A stretch of 64,000 bases of DNA from Thermodesulfobacteriota bacterium (GTDB lineage Bacteria > Desulfobacterota > Desulfobacteria > Desulfobacterales > SURF-7), in NCBI GenBank assembly GCA_049320885.1, contig JBMORA010000035.1:46369-110368 (forward strand), read 5' to 3'. Each line of letters begins with the position of its first letter. Position 1 is the first letter of the stretch. The translations under genes and the position numbers were made by a program. The notes under the pieces were generated by a model that was not told the origin of the DNA, did not search any database, and saw only the letters and a list, made by a program, of their open reading frames with translations. Below, piece after piece: positions 20,528 through 30,427 of this stretch.

Positions 20528-22527
20528 GCGATCTGCTGGAACAGCATTTCGACACCGCCTTTGCCGCGCCTGCCGGTATCGCCAAACTGCGCGAGTTGAT
20601 CTTGACCCTCGCCATGCAGGGCAAGCTGGTGGAACAGGACCCGAACGACCCACCCGCCAGCGAGTTGCTGAAGGAGATCGAAGCCGAAAAACAGCAGCTT
20701 GTGAAAGCGGGCAAGATTAAAAAGCCCAAGCCGCTGCCGCCCATTAAGCCGGAGGAAGTGCCCTACGAACTGCCGGAGGGATGGGAGTGGGCGAGGCTCG
20801 GTGAAATAACTGAATACAACGGTCGAAAAAATATCTCGGGCGATGAGATAGCCCCCGATACATGGTTGCTTGATCTCGAAGACATTGAAAAGGGAACTTC
20901 TCGTATTCTGTTCCGAGCAAAGTTTTCAGAGCGCCAATCAAAATCTACGAAATCAACCTTTCAGAAAGGTGATGTGCTTTATGGCAAACTTCGTCCCTAT
21001 CTCGACAAGGTTGTGGTAGCAGATGCTGATGGAGTTTGCACGACTGAGATTGTGCCCATCGTTCCGTTTAACGGAATACATTCTGAATTTCTCAGGTGGT
21101 TACTAAAGCGCCCTGCATTTATAACCCATGTTAACTCTCTCATGTATGGCGTCAAAATGCCCAGGCTTGGCACAGATGATGCTTTAACGAGTATTCACCC
21201 GCTTCCCCCCCTCCCCGAACAACACCGCATCGTCGCCCGCATCAACCAGTTGATGACCCGTTGTGATGAGTTGGAAAAGCTGCACAAACAGCGGGAGGAG
21301 AAGCGGCTGGCCGTCCACGCCGCCGCCATCAAGCAACTGCTCGACCCGCCGGACCTGTCTGCCGGCCAGGCAGGCGGCTCGGCCTGGGACTTTATCCAAC
21401 AGCACTTCGACGACCTCTACACCGTCAAGGAAAACGTCGCCGAACTGCGCAAGGCCATCCTCCAACTCGCCGTAATGGGCCGCCTCGTTCCCCCTGCCTG
21501 CCGGCAGGCAGGCAAGACCCCAACGACCCTCCCACCACCAGAACCTGGATCATGGTGGGTGTACGTTATTGAGTGCGAAAATGGATCATTCTATAAAGGT
21601 TTTACAGAAGATCTTCCGCGTCGCTGGCGGCAACATCTATCAGGTACTGCGAGCGAATGGACAAAAAAGCATCCACCCAAACAGGTTTACTACTGGGAAA
21701 AATGTTTTTCAAAAGAAGCAGCCATTAAGCGGGAAGACTATTTGAAATCAGGCTTTGGTCGAGAATGGTTCAAGCGCGAGGTGGTTGATAATCAAAAAGC
21801 ATGGCAGACCGCCAGCGAACTGCTCAAAGAGATCGAAGCCGAAAAACAGCGACTGATGAAGGCAGGTAAAATCAAGAAGCCCAAGCCCGTACCGCCCATC
21901 AAGCCGGAGGAAGTGCCCTACCAACTGCCGCAGGGCTGGGAGTGGGTGCGATTTGGAAAAGTTGCGAGCAACCGACTAGGAAAAATGCTCGATAAATCTA
22001 AGAATCGAGGTAACCCAAAACCATATTTGAGAAATACCAATGTTCAATGGCATCAGTTTGTTCTTGATGATGTCAAAGAGATGAAATTCGAAGATGAAGA
22101 GCTTGATGAATTTCGTGTACTTCCCGGTGACCTTCTAATATGCGAAGGTGGTGAACCCGGTCGCTGTGCAATATGGCGCGATTCAGAGGTAGAAATCTAT
22201 TTCCAGAAAGCCATACATAGAGCGAGGCCGTTTTCGTGCGTTACTTCTGAGTATCTGCAAGTTTGCCTTACAAACGATGGGGGTAACGGTCAGTTGGAAA
22301 AGTATTTCACTGGGGCAACAATCAAGCATTTCCCTGGTGACAAGCTTAATGGGTATGTCATTCCTCTACCACCTCTTCCCGAACAACACCGCATCGTCGC
22401 CCGCATCGATCAGTTGATGGCCCTGTGCGACACACTCGACCAGCAGATCGACGCTGCCACCGGCAAAAAGACCGAACTGCTGGACGCCGTGATGGCCCGC
22501 CTGTCGGCAGACACGGCCCAGGTATAA
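20485..22527 (+). CDS. hsdS: Type I RM specificity subunit with an in-frame GIY-YIG nuclease domain between the two TRDs
   Basis: Duplicated ASELLKEIEAEK...PEEVPY.LP.GWEW and PLPPLPEQHRIVARI conserved regions; two lower-GC TRDs; insert WWVYVIEC..SFYKGFT...REDYLKSGFGREW. Confidence 0.92.
   Translation: MTSSSSFVPSCLRVSDLLEQHFDTAFAAPAGIAKLRELILTLAMQGKLVEQDPNDPPASELLKEIEAEKQQLVKAGKIKKPKPLPPIKPEEVPYELPEGWEWARLGEITEYNGRKNISGDEIAPDTWLLDLEDIEKGTSRILFRAKFSERQSKSTKSTFQKGDVLYGKLRPYLDKVVVADADGVCTTEIVPIVPFNGIHSEFLRWLLKRPAFITHVNSLMYGVKMPRLGTDDALTSIHPLPPLPEQHRIVARINQLMTRCDELEKLHKQREEKRLAVHAAAIKQLLDPPDLSAGQAGGSAWDFIQQHFDDLYTVKENVAELRKAILQLAVMGRLVPPACRQAGKTPTTLPPPEPGSWWVYVIECENGSFYKGFTEDLPRRWRQHLSGTASEWTKKHPPKQVYYWEKCFSKEAAIKREDYLKSGFGREWFKREVVDNQKAWQTASELLKEIEAEKQRLMKAGKIKKPKPVPPIKPEEVPYQLPQGWEWVRFGKVASNRLGKMLDKSKNRGNPKPYLRNTNVQWHQFVLDDVKEMKFEDEELDEFRVLPGDLLICEGGEPGRCAIWRDSEVEIYFQKAIHRARPFSCVTSEYLQVCLTNDGGNGQLEKYFTGATIKHFPGDKLNGYVIPLPPLPEQHRIVARIDQLMALCDTLDQQIDAATGKKTELLDAVMARLSADTAQV
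21354..21374. repeat. 21-nt intragenic palindrome CCTGTCTGCCGGCCAGGCAGG
   Basis: In frame in hsdS (LSAGQAG); removal gives P-D-G-S-A-W. Confidence 0.8.
21493..21512. repeat. 20-nt perfect palindrome CCTGCCTGCCGGCAGGCAGG
   Basis: Removal restores RLVP-QDPNDPP, matching KLVE-QDPNDPP in the first HsdS repeat. Confidence 0.9.
21534..21810 (+). other. 277-nt insert encoding a GIY-YIG (YhbQ/SLX1-like) nuclease domain
   Basis: Sits between GACCCTCCC and GCCAGCGAA, whose equivalents are contiguous in the first HsdS repeat; VYVI...FYKG, R..QH and E..LK residues. Confidence 0.85.
22496..22516. repeat. 21-nt degenerate palindrome CCCGCCTGTCGGCAGACACGG
   Basis: In frame at the hsdS C-terminus; removal gives AVMAQV*. 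Confidence 0.7.
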
Positions 22528-22536
22528 GGAGATGCC

Positions 22537-22653
22537 ATGCGCCTGACATCACTTTATATCGGCCAGTACAAGAACCTTCGGGATTTTTCTCTGAGGTTCG
22601 ACCTGCCGGCCGGGCAGGCGGGCGGCAGCAACTTTATCGATGTCTTTGTCGGC
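22537..22653 (+). pseudogene. N-terminal remnant of an AAA/ABC-type ATPase following hsdS
   Basis: MRLTSLYIGQYKNLRDF...IDVFVG, truncated at the expected Walker A and fused to a NERD-gene fragment; AGGAG RBS. Confidence 0.7.
22602..22622. repeat. 21-nt palindrome CCTGCCGGCCGGGCAGGCGGG
   Basis: In frame in the ATPase remnant (LPAGQAG); removal gives F-D-G-S. Confidence 0.78.
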
Positions 22654-22897
22654 AATACCGTCGGCCTGATGTGGTTTAATGAGAGCGGACACTGAGTCAA
22701 GCGTGGTTTTTTAATCGGCTTAGAAACATAGACAAAACAGAAGGTTTTTGTTATCTGGCACGGCAACTAGCCGGAAAGGTTATTTGCGAGAATGGGCTAT
22801 AGGTGCTCGTCGGAGCAAATAAACTTTCCGGCGGGTCCCAGGATTCGGCTTGGATAGCGGATATGTTTCGGGAGCTATTACGCAGACGAGGTGTTCA

Positions 22898-23200
22898 ATG
22901 GGTGAAAAGAAGCAGCGAAAAGATTACACGGATGAATTTAAACTGGATGCCGTCAAGCTAGTTATCGAACAAGGGTACTCCACCCCTGAGGTTGGCCGGC
23001 GGCTGGGGATCAATCATACCAACGTCTCAAGATGGGTTCGGGAATATCATGCAAAGATAGGTGTCCCTTCCAAAAGTTCAGGTGCTGTCCAGGAACTGGA
23101 GGAGGAGGTAAAACGCCTCAGAAAAGAAAACAAACGCCTTTTGATGGAGCGAGAAATCTTAAAAAAGGCGGCGGCCTTCTTTGCGAACGAATCGAACTGA
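22898..23200 (+). CDS. IS3 transposase OrfA
   Basis: YTDEFKLDAV HTH; EREILKKAAAFF. Confidence 0.9.
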   Translation: MGEKKQRKDYTDEFKLDAVKLVIEQGYSTPEVGRRLGINHTNVSRWVREYHAKIGVPSKSSGAVQELEEEVKRLRKENKRLLMEREILKKAAAFFANESN

Positions 23201-24068
23201 GGTTCGATTTTATCCGGCAGCAAATGAAGGCCTATCCCGTAACCGTCTTATGTTCGGTGATGCGGGTTAGCCGGGGTGGGTTCTATGGCTATCTGAAACG
23301 ATTCAATGCTGGGAAGAATCGTCCAGAAGAGACCGAATTGGGGAAGCGAATCAAAGAAATATTCAACGATCACAAAAACTGCTACGGATCCCGACGGATC
23401 GCAAGGCAATTAAGGGATGAAGGCCAGCCGGTGGGCCGATATAAAGTGCGACGGATCATGCGCCAGTTGTGGGGCTGAAGGCAAAAACTCCCAAGCGGTT
23501 CAAGCTGACGACCGACAGCCGACATTCGTTCCCGGTGGCGCCCAATACCCTGAATCGGAAATTCACGGTTGATGCTCCGAACAAGGTCTGGACGGCGGAT
23601 ATCACCTATGTATGGACCTTTGAAGGTTGGTTATACCTGGCGGTTGTCATGGACCTGTATTCCCGCCGGATTGTCGGGTGGGCCATGAGTGAAAGAATGC
23701 AGAAGCAGCTTGTGCTGGATGCCCTGGCCATGGCGTATTGGCAGCGGAAGCCCTCAAAGGGTCTTTTGCATCATTCGGATCGCGGAAGTCAGTATGCCTG
23801 CCATGAATACAGGAAGCGGCTTAAAGGCTATGGCATGGAGGCCAGCATGAGCAGAAAGGGAAACTGCTGGGATAATTCACCAATGGAACGCTTTTTCCGC
23901 TCCTTGAAATCAGAACGGTTGACCGCTTGCCGTTTTGTGTCACGGAATGAAGCAAAAATGGAAATACTGGACTATATTACATTCTATAACAGCATTCGGC
24001 TTCATTCGACATTGGGGTACGTATCTCCGATGGCTTATGAGAAAAAACAGTACTTAAAGGTGGCTTGA
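23197..24068 (+). pseudogene. IS3 transposase OrfB, broken by an extra frameshift at about 23470
   Basis: YGSRRI...RIMRQL|GLKAK split across two frames. Confidence 0.82.
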
Positions 24069-24101
24069 TTTTGTGTCCGTTTTTCCTTGACCATTACAGC
24101 C

Positions 24102-24253
24102 TGGTTGTTTTTGGAGTGAAGGACTCGGGGCTTGAGCAGATCGTCGCGGCTGATCCGCATCAGTTCCGGCTCAATATGGGGGGCGTGACCGAGAACCGGA
24201 AAAATTCATACCAGCAGGCCCGGGAATATTTCTACCAGTTGATGAACCGCATC
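24102..24253 (+). pseudogene. Degenerate internal fragment of the NERD gene (the IS3 target)
   Basis: Near-identical to 25299-25451; its left part ggcaataccgtcggcc precedes the IS. Confidence 0.8.
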
Positions 24254-24392
24254 CACAATCACAAACCGAATCAGAGTCAGACTTACCCGCAATGCTCGGG
24301 TCCGTGGAATTATGGAGGCCGTGACGAATGCATGATACGACCAAGCCATTGATGGTTAGCGAGGATAGTGTTTCATATGGGGGGGAAAAGCC

Positions 24393-24980
24393 ATGATGAC
24401 CCTTCGGCTTTTCTCCGGGAAATTTGAATCCGTGCCGGCCGCCACATCCTGGTACTTGGCAGACCTTGGCGAGGCGCGTGGCAAACAGGAATTGTTTACC
24501 CGTCAATCGCCGCAGCGTCTCAAGGCTTTGCGGGAGCACGCCCTCATTGAAAGCGCCGTATCATCCAACCGGATCGAGGGCGTGGAGGTCGAGCAATCCC
24601 GAATCGCCACCATCGTCTTCGGCCAGCCGCTTCTGCGGGACCGTGATGAGGAGGAAGTCCGGGGATACCGGCAGGCCCTGACCTGGATTCATGAGCAAGG
24701 GGCGAAAATCCCGATATCGGAAGAGACCGTTTTACAGCTCCATCATATGACACGCGGGGAAATCTGGGATGCCGGAAAATACAAAAATAAAGACGGCGAC
24801 ATTATCGAAAAGTTTCCGGATGGCAGGTCGCGGGTCCGCTTCAAAACCGTTCCGGCGAAAGACACGCCGAGTTTCATGAAGGATCTGGTCGAGTTGTACG
24901 ACGATGCCATCGAGGATCGCAAAGTCCCGCCGCTTGTCCTTTTAGCCGCCCTCAACCTCGATTGGGGCGGCAAGTGTTGA
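24393..24980 (+). pseudogene. Fic-family protein, N-terminal part, truncated before the catalytic motif
   Basis: SSNRIEG, EVRGYRQAL and LQLH motifs; ends AALNLD with no HPFxDGNGR. Confidence 0.75.
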
Positions 24981-25127
24981 AGATGCAATCCGAAAAAGGG
25001 AAGTCGTGATCCCTGTGGCGAAATAATGCATCAGAATGGATGGCAGACGGGCCGGGATAACAGGTCAACTTTATAGAAAATGGAACTAAAACAGGGACTG
25101 ATTTGTATGTGCTATTGAGGTGCGCGT

Positions 25128-25616
25128 ATGGCCCAAATGATTCCGCCTGATGTTGAGACCTTCACAACCGATGGCGAAAGGCAGTTCTACCGATTTTTGG
25201 AAGCGGTCGCCAAGCCGGATTCGAATTTTATCGCCTGGTATACGCCGAACATTGACGGGAAGGAGCCGGATTTCGTTCTTTTCGGCAATACTGTCGGCCT
25301 GGTTGTTTTTGAAGTGAAGGACTGGGGGCTTGAGCAGATCGTCGCGGCTGATAAGCATCAGTTCCGGCTCATTATGGGGGGCGTGACCGAGAACCGAAAA
25401 AATCCTTACCGGCAGGCCCGGGAATATTTTTACCAGCTGATGAACCGCATCGAGCAGGACGGGCGGCTGGTATCGCAGGAGCCGGGACATCATGGCAAGC
25501 TCCGGATACCGATCACCTGCGGCGTCATCTTTCCCAACATCAATAAATACGAGTATTCCCAAAAAGGCTTGGACATAAAAATTGCCCATTATTCACTATT
25601 CGAATCAGGAGAATAG
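25128..25616 (+). pseudogene. Truncated duplicate of the NERD-helicase N-terminus
   Basis: Near-identical to 30809-31256, then diverges and stops. Confidence 0.85.
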
Positions 25617-27104
25617 ATGATGGATCGCTTTGATCTTCTCAGTTTTGATGAAGGGAAAACCCTGGAATTCAAGCGGGACCTCTCGTCACCCAAAGCATTC
25701 TTGAAGACACTGGTGGCTTTTGCTAACACGGCGGGCGGTAAAATCATCATCGGCGTGGAGGACAAGACGCGCCGGCCTGTTGGTGTGCAGCATCCCCTGG
25801 ATGAAGAGGAAAAATTGTGTAATCTGATCGCCGATTCCATTAGTCCACGCCTGGTGCCCAATGTGGAAATGGTAACGGTGGACAACAAGACCCTCCTGAT
25901 CGCCGAAGTCTTCTTAAGCAATTCACGGCCCCATTGGCTCAAAGCGGAAGGACCGGAAAACGGCGTCTATGTCCGACTCGGTTCCACCAACCGCCAGGCG
26001 GACCGGGAACTCATCGCGGAGTTGCGTCGGTCGGTGGAAGGGGTTGCTTTTGATGAAATGCCGTTGCCGGAAATGTCCGTTGACGATCTGGATTTGGCCG
26101 CCGCCCGGAAAGTATTCCAGGGGCGCCGCAAACTGGATAAGCAAGAATTGCTGACACTGAAATTGCTGCGTAAAGACCAGGGGAAACTAGTCCCGACCAA
26201 GGGCGCTGTGCTTTTATTCGGAAAAGAGCGCGTTTTCCATTTCCCGGATTCCTGGGTGTAGTGCGGCCGCTTTATCGGCCGGGACAAAACTGATATCTTC
26301 GATCATATTGATTTGGACGAGCCCTTGCCGCAACTGGTGGAGAGCATCCTGTTGTTTCTGAAAAAGCATGCCATGCGCGGTGCCGATTTCTCCGAAATTC
26401 GGCGGAAGGATGTCTGGAGTATCCCCCTCGGGATTCTGCGGGAGGCGGTGATCAATGCCCTGGTGCATGCTGACTATTCCCAGCGCGGCGCTCCGATCCG
26501 CATCGCCTTTTACGATGACCGCATTGAAATCGAAAACCCGGGGATCCTGATGCCGGGCATGACCATCGAGGATATGAAGCAGGGGGTCTCCAAGATCCGC
26601 AATCCGGTGATCGCCAGGGTTTTCCGAGAACTGAAACTCATTGAACAATGGGGCAGCGGCGTGCGCAATATCCTCCGGGTCGCCCAGGAACAAAACCTGC
26701 CGGAGCCCATTTACGAAGAAATCGGCATGCGGCTTCGTTTGAGCGTGTTCCTTGCAGAACCGCAGGTTCTTTCCAAAATTCAGGCCGGGTCCAGGTCCAT
26801 AACTGTCCAAAAGAGTCTTGAGGAAACCAAGGGGGGGGTGCCAAATCAAGAGCAGTGGGCTAAACGGTGGGGTGAAAAGTGGGGTAAAAAGTGGGGTGAA
26901 ACCATGATGGCCAAGCGGCTTACGATTGCTCGCGCCATGCAGCGCAATCCGCGCATTTCAACCTCGGAGCTGGCCGCACACTTGGATATGGGAACTACTG
27001 GTGTGGAGAAGCATTTAAAAATATTGCGTGAAAATGGATGTATCCGACGGATCGGTCCAGCCAAGGGCGGTCGCTGGGAAGTGTTGGAAGACGGGGATGA
27101 ATAA
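25617..27104 (+). pseudogene. AlbA_2 (Schlafen-like) + HATPase_c_4 + HTH protein interrupted by an in-frame TAG at 26259-26261
   Basis: EGKTLEFK, AFANTAGG, REAVINALVHADY and RIEIENPG motifs; both ORFs are in the same frame (WV*CGRF). Confidence 0.85.
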
Positions 27105-27492
27105 AGAGACTACCGAGCTAAAGCGGTTTATCCACAGATTACGCGATTTCTTGCGATTTCTTGTCGGACCAAGTAGAACCATTGACTATCAATTGGTTAG
27201 GATAAAAATCAGACCATTTTGGGGTCTTAGAACGATGTTTTTGGGGTCGAAAAGGGCGGTTTAAGGAACGCGAGGGCTGAAACTGTGTTTGGCGAAAATG
27301 TAACGATCAGCTAAAACGCCTGAAATAGGACGGGGATGCCTTGCTGTTCGACTTGAAATATAGCGTTGGACCGCTGAAAAATACGGAATCAGGTTCCATG
27401 GATTATCAGGCGCTCAAAAAACTGATACAGGAAGTCAAAACCGACCGGCTGGAAATTGCCAGTCCCGGCGGTCTTCGGTTCAGGTCTACCGA

Positions 27493-27962
27493 AGACTTAC
27501 CCGCAATGCTCGGGTCCGTGGAATTATGGAGGCCGTGACGAATGCACGATACGAACAAGCCATTGATGGTTAGCGAGGATAGTGTTTCATATGGGGGGGG
27601 AAAGCCATGATGACCCTTCGGCTTTTCTCCGGGAAATTTGAATCCGTGCCGGCCGCCACATCCTGGTACTTGGCAGACCTTGGCGAGGCGCGTGGCAAAC
27701 AGGAATTGTTTACCCGTCAATCGCCGAAGCGTCTCAAGGCTTTGCGGGAGCACGCCCTCATTGAAAGCGCCGTATCATCCAACCGGATCGAGGGCGTGGA
27801 GGTCGAGCAATCCCGAATCGCCACCATCGTCTTCGGCCAGCCGCTTCTGCGGGACCGTGATGAGGAGGAAGTCCGGGGATACCGGCAGGCCCTGACCTGG
27901 ATTCATGAGCAAGGGGCGAAAATCCCGATATCGGAAGAGACCGTTTTACAGCTCCATCATAT
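27493..27962 (+). repeat. 470-bp direct duplicate of 24279-24748 (Fic upstream region and 5' half)
   Basis: Near-identical by direct comparison. Confidence 0.92.
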
Positions 27963-28247
27963 ATTCTTTCCATCATCAAGATGGCCTATCGGGAATTCGA
28001 GCAAGGCCTCGGCCAACTCCAGAGCCCCAAGGGTGAGAAAACGAGTCTCGTTCTTCATGCTATCGACAGTGCTCTCGGTTCTTTCAGCGTGACGGAAATT
28101 CAGAACAAGTGCCCGAACGTCAGCGTGGATATGGTCCGCCGGGTGCTGAAGAACCTGCGGGCAAAAAATCAGGTTGAGTGCCTTGGCCGCGGCCAGAATG
28201 CCCGTTGGCAAAAAGCCGCCAAGTGGCAATTGGGTAATGTCGATTGA
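27607..28247 (+). pseudogene. Second Fic copy: N-terminus joined out of frame to a C-terminal HTH-like part, catalytic core missing
   Basis: Junction at about 27960; AYREFE...GRGQNARW tail. Confidence 0.72.
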
Positions 28248-28424
28248 ATTGGGTAATGAACTGGGTAATGTGATTTCTTGTCTGATTTCTTGTCGAGGCA
28301 ACAGTAAGAATTTATAGGAAATGAATGATAAATCAGAGCCGTTTTTTATGCTTAGAAACACCATTTTGGGGGTGAAAAGAGCTGTTTAAGGAGGGAAGGG
28401 GGGGGGCAAAGCGGAAAGATTGGT

Positions 28425-28569
28425 TCACGCGAAGACGCGAAGAGCGCGAAGGGAAAAGCGGTTTAACCACGGATTACACGGATTGCACGGATGAAAAACC
28501 AAAAGATGGTTTTTTGCCTCCGGCAGGAAAAAACTTGCTTCTCTTCGCGCTCATCGCGGCTTCGCGTGA
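28425..28569. repeat. CGCGAAG variant of the inverted-repeat element, with a nested CCACGGAT arm and a GCCTCCGGC mini-hairpin
   Basis: tcacgcgaagacgcgaagagcgcgaag ... cttcgcgctcatcgcggcttcgcgtga. Confidence 0.85.
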
Positions 28570-28752
28570 GATAGATCTATTTTTTCAGTGAAGCATTCAC
28601 TGGATGCTCCTGTCGCCGGAATTGAAACACACAGTTTAAAAAGTGAGAAATTGCCGTTAAAATTTATGCAAAATCAAATAAAAATAAACAAATGGTTTGC
28701 GAAAAGCGAAAAAAGCATATATAAATAATGCAAAAACATAATTGTATAAACC

Positions 28753-29535
28753 ATGCCATCCCGAACCGAAAAAAAACTGGAACAAAGCCTGCCCGAAGGG
28801 CAAGTGGTGAACCGCGCCTGGCTCAAGGCGCGTGGATTCAACCGGCCCAGGGTGGATTATGCCTTGCGGGCCGGCAAACTGGAAGCCATAGCCCACGGGG
28901 TATACCGAAGGCCAGGACCGCCACTCAAGTGGGAGCATGTGGTCTATTCGCTGAACGAGATGGGCTGCCCGGTGCATGTGGGTGGCCGCAGTGCTTTGGA
29001 ATTGCAGGGGATGGCCCATTACCTGCCGCTGGGTGGCACGCAGCGCATCGACCTTTACGGCACCGCCAAGGTGCCCGGCTGGGCATGCGATTTGTCGGCC
29101 CCGTACACATTCGTGGTCCATTCCCGGCGTTTTTTCAAGAAGCTCCCGGAGGCGGCGCTGTACAACCGGCCGTTCGGTTCCTGGGACTGGCCCATTCCGT
29201 ACAGCACTCCGGAGCTGGCCCTGCTGGAGCTTTTAGCCGGTGTCCGGGAGGCGACGGATTTTTCCATGGCCGATAAATTTTTTGAAAGTGCTGCCAATTT
29301 GCGGCCGGAATTGCTCGATGACTTGCTGGGTTCCTGCACCCAGGTGAAAGCCAAACGCCTTTTCCTGTGGTTCAGCGATCGTCACGGCCATGCCTGGCGT
29401 CAACGGCTCGAAACCAGAGATATTGAACTGGGCCGGGGCAAGCGCATGCTGGTCAAGAGTGGGGCGTATGACGCAGTCTATCAGATAACCGTTCCCAAGG
29501 ACATGGCCGGTGGAAGTGAACAGTCCCTATATTGA
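28753..29535 (+). CDS. abiEi: Type IV TA / AbiE antitoxin (AbiEi_3-like)
   Basis: HVGGRSALELQG.AHYL, STPELALLE and QVKAKRLFL motifs; overlaps the downstream nucleotidyltransferase. Confidence 0.85.
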   Translation: MPSRTEKKLEQSLPEGQVVNRAWLKARGFNRPRVDYALRAGKLEAIAHGVYRRPGPPLKWEHVVYSLNEMGCPVHVGGRSALELQGMAHYLPLGGTQRIDLYGTAKVPGWACDLSAPYTFVVHSRRFFKKLPEAALYNRPFGSWDWPIPYSTPELALLELLAGVREATDFSMADKFFESAANLRPELLDDLLGSCTQVKAKRLFLWFSDRHGHAWRQRLETRDIELGRGKRMLVKSGAYDAVYQITVPKDMAGGSEQSLY

Positions 29536-30427
29536 ACAGGTCCGTCTGTTGATCAAGCTGATGCCCAGTGTGGCCAGGCAACCCTGTTTTGCCTTAAAAG
29601 GCGGGACGGCCATCAATCTGTTTCTGAGAGACACGCCACGGCTATCGGTGGATATCGACCTGGCTTATCTACCAATAGCGGATCGCGAGAGCAGCCTGGC
29701 GGGAATCGATGCGGCACTCGGAGCAATAGCGGAAGATATAGAAAGATATATACCGCGTACCCAGGTCAAGTCGTCTACCCTGAAAGGCACAGGCATGCGC
29801 TTCAAGCTATTGGTCATGCAAGCGGAAGCAAGTGTCAAGATAGAAGTGACGCCAGTGTTGCGGGGCACTGTCTATCCGGTTGAAAGCCGCCGGCTAGCGG
29901 AAAGAACGGAAAAGGCTTTTGGTTTTGCCGAAATGCAACTGCTCAGTTTTGAGGATATCTACGCCGGGAAAATCTGTGCGGCTCTGGACAGGCAACATCC
30001 GCGGGATCTGTATGATGTGCATTGGCTGTTGCAGAATGAGGGAATTGGTGAGCGATTGAAGAACGCCTTCCTGGTGTACTTGATGGGCCATAATCGGCCT
30101 ATGGCAGAGCTGTTGGCGCCCCAGCCACAAGATATTACATCACTTTACCGGGCTGAATTTACGGGATTGGCTTACGAACCGCTGGAACTTGAAAGATTGC
30201 AGGAGACCCTGCCGAATTTGGTTGCCCTCCTTCATAGGGTTTTGAGCGATGATGACAAGCAGTTCCTGCTGGCGCTCAAACAGGGAACGCAGGATTGGCA
30301 AAAATTCCCATTGCCGGAAGTGGAACGGCTGCCGGCCATCCAATGGAAGATCCAGAATTTAGCGCGCATGAACCCCAGCAAACGTCGTCAGGCAATAACG
30401 AAGCTGGGAAATATCTTGTTCGGGTAG
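29510..30427 (+). CDS. abiEii: AbiEii/AbiGii nucleotidyltransferase toxin
   Basis: LKGGTAINLF, RLSVDIDL and KICAALDRQHPRDLYD motifs. Confidence 0.9.
   Translation: MEVNSPYIEQVRLLIKLMPSVARQPCFALKGGTAINLFLRDTPRLSVDIDLAYLPIADRESSLAGIDAALGAIAEDIERYIPRTQVKSSTLKGTGMRFKLLVMQAEASVKIEVTPVLRGTVYPVESRRLAERTEKAFGFAEMQLLSFEDIYAGKICAALDRQHPRDLYDVHWLLQNEGIGERLKNAFLVYLMGHNRPMAELLAPQPQDITSLYRAEFTGLAYEPLELERLQETLPNLVALLHRVLSDDDKQFLLALKQGTQDWQKFPLPEVERLPAIQWKIQNLARMNPSKRRQAITKLGNILFG

Larger units (their letters stand above)
22667..24098 (+). mobile_element. IS3-family insertion sequence, 1432 bp, with frameshifted orfB
   Basis: TG...CA imperfect 26-bp IRs (cggacac/gtgtccg); GCC target duplication at 22664-22666 and 24099-24101; A6G slippery site at about 23161; DDE motifs WTADITY, HSDRGSQY and DNSPMERFF. 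Confidence 0.93.

Noticed and set aside
20760..22420. Invertible hsdS shufflon
   Set aside because: The hsdS internal repeats are direct, and there is no silent hsdS copy or recombinase nearby.
26868..26901. 12-bp tandem repeats (WGEK) and the similar KGxx repeats at 35560-35635
   Set aside because: Low-complexity linkers or tails common in these ATP-binding HTH proteins; no evidence of a separate function.
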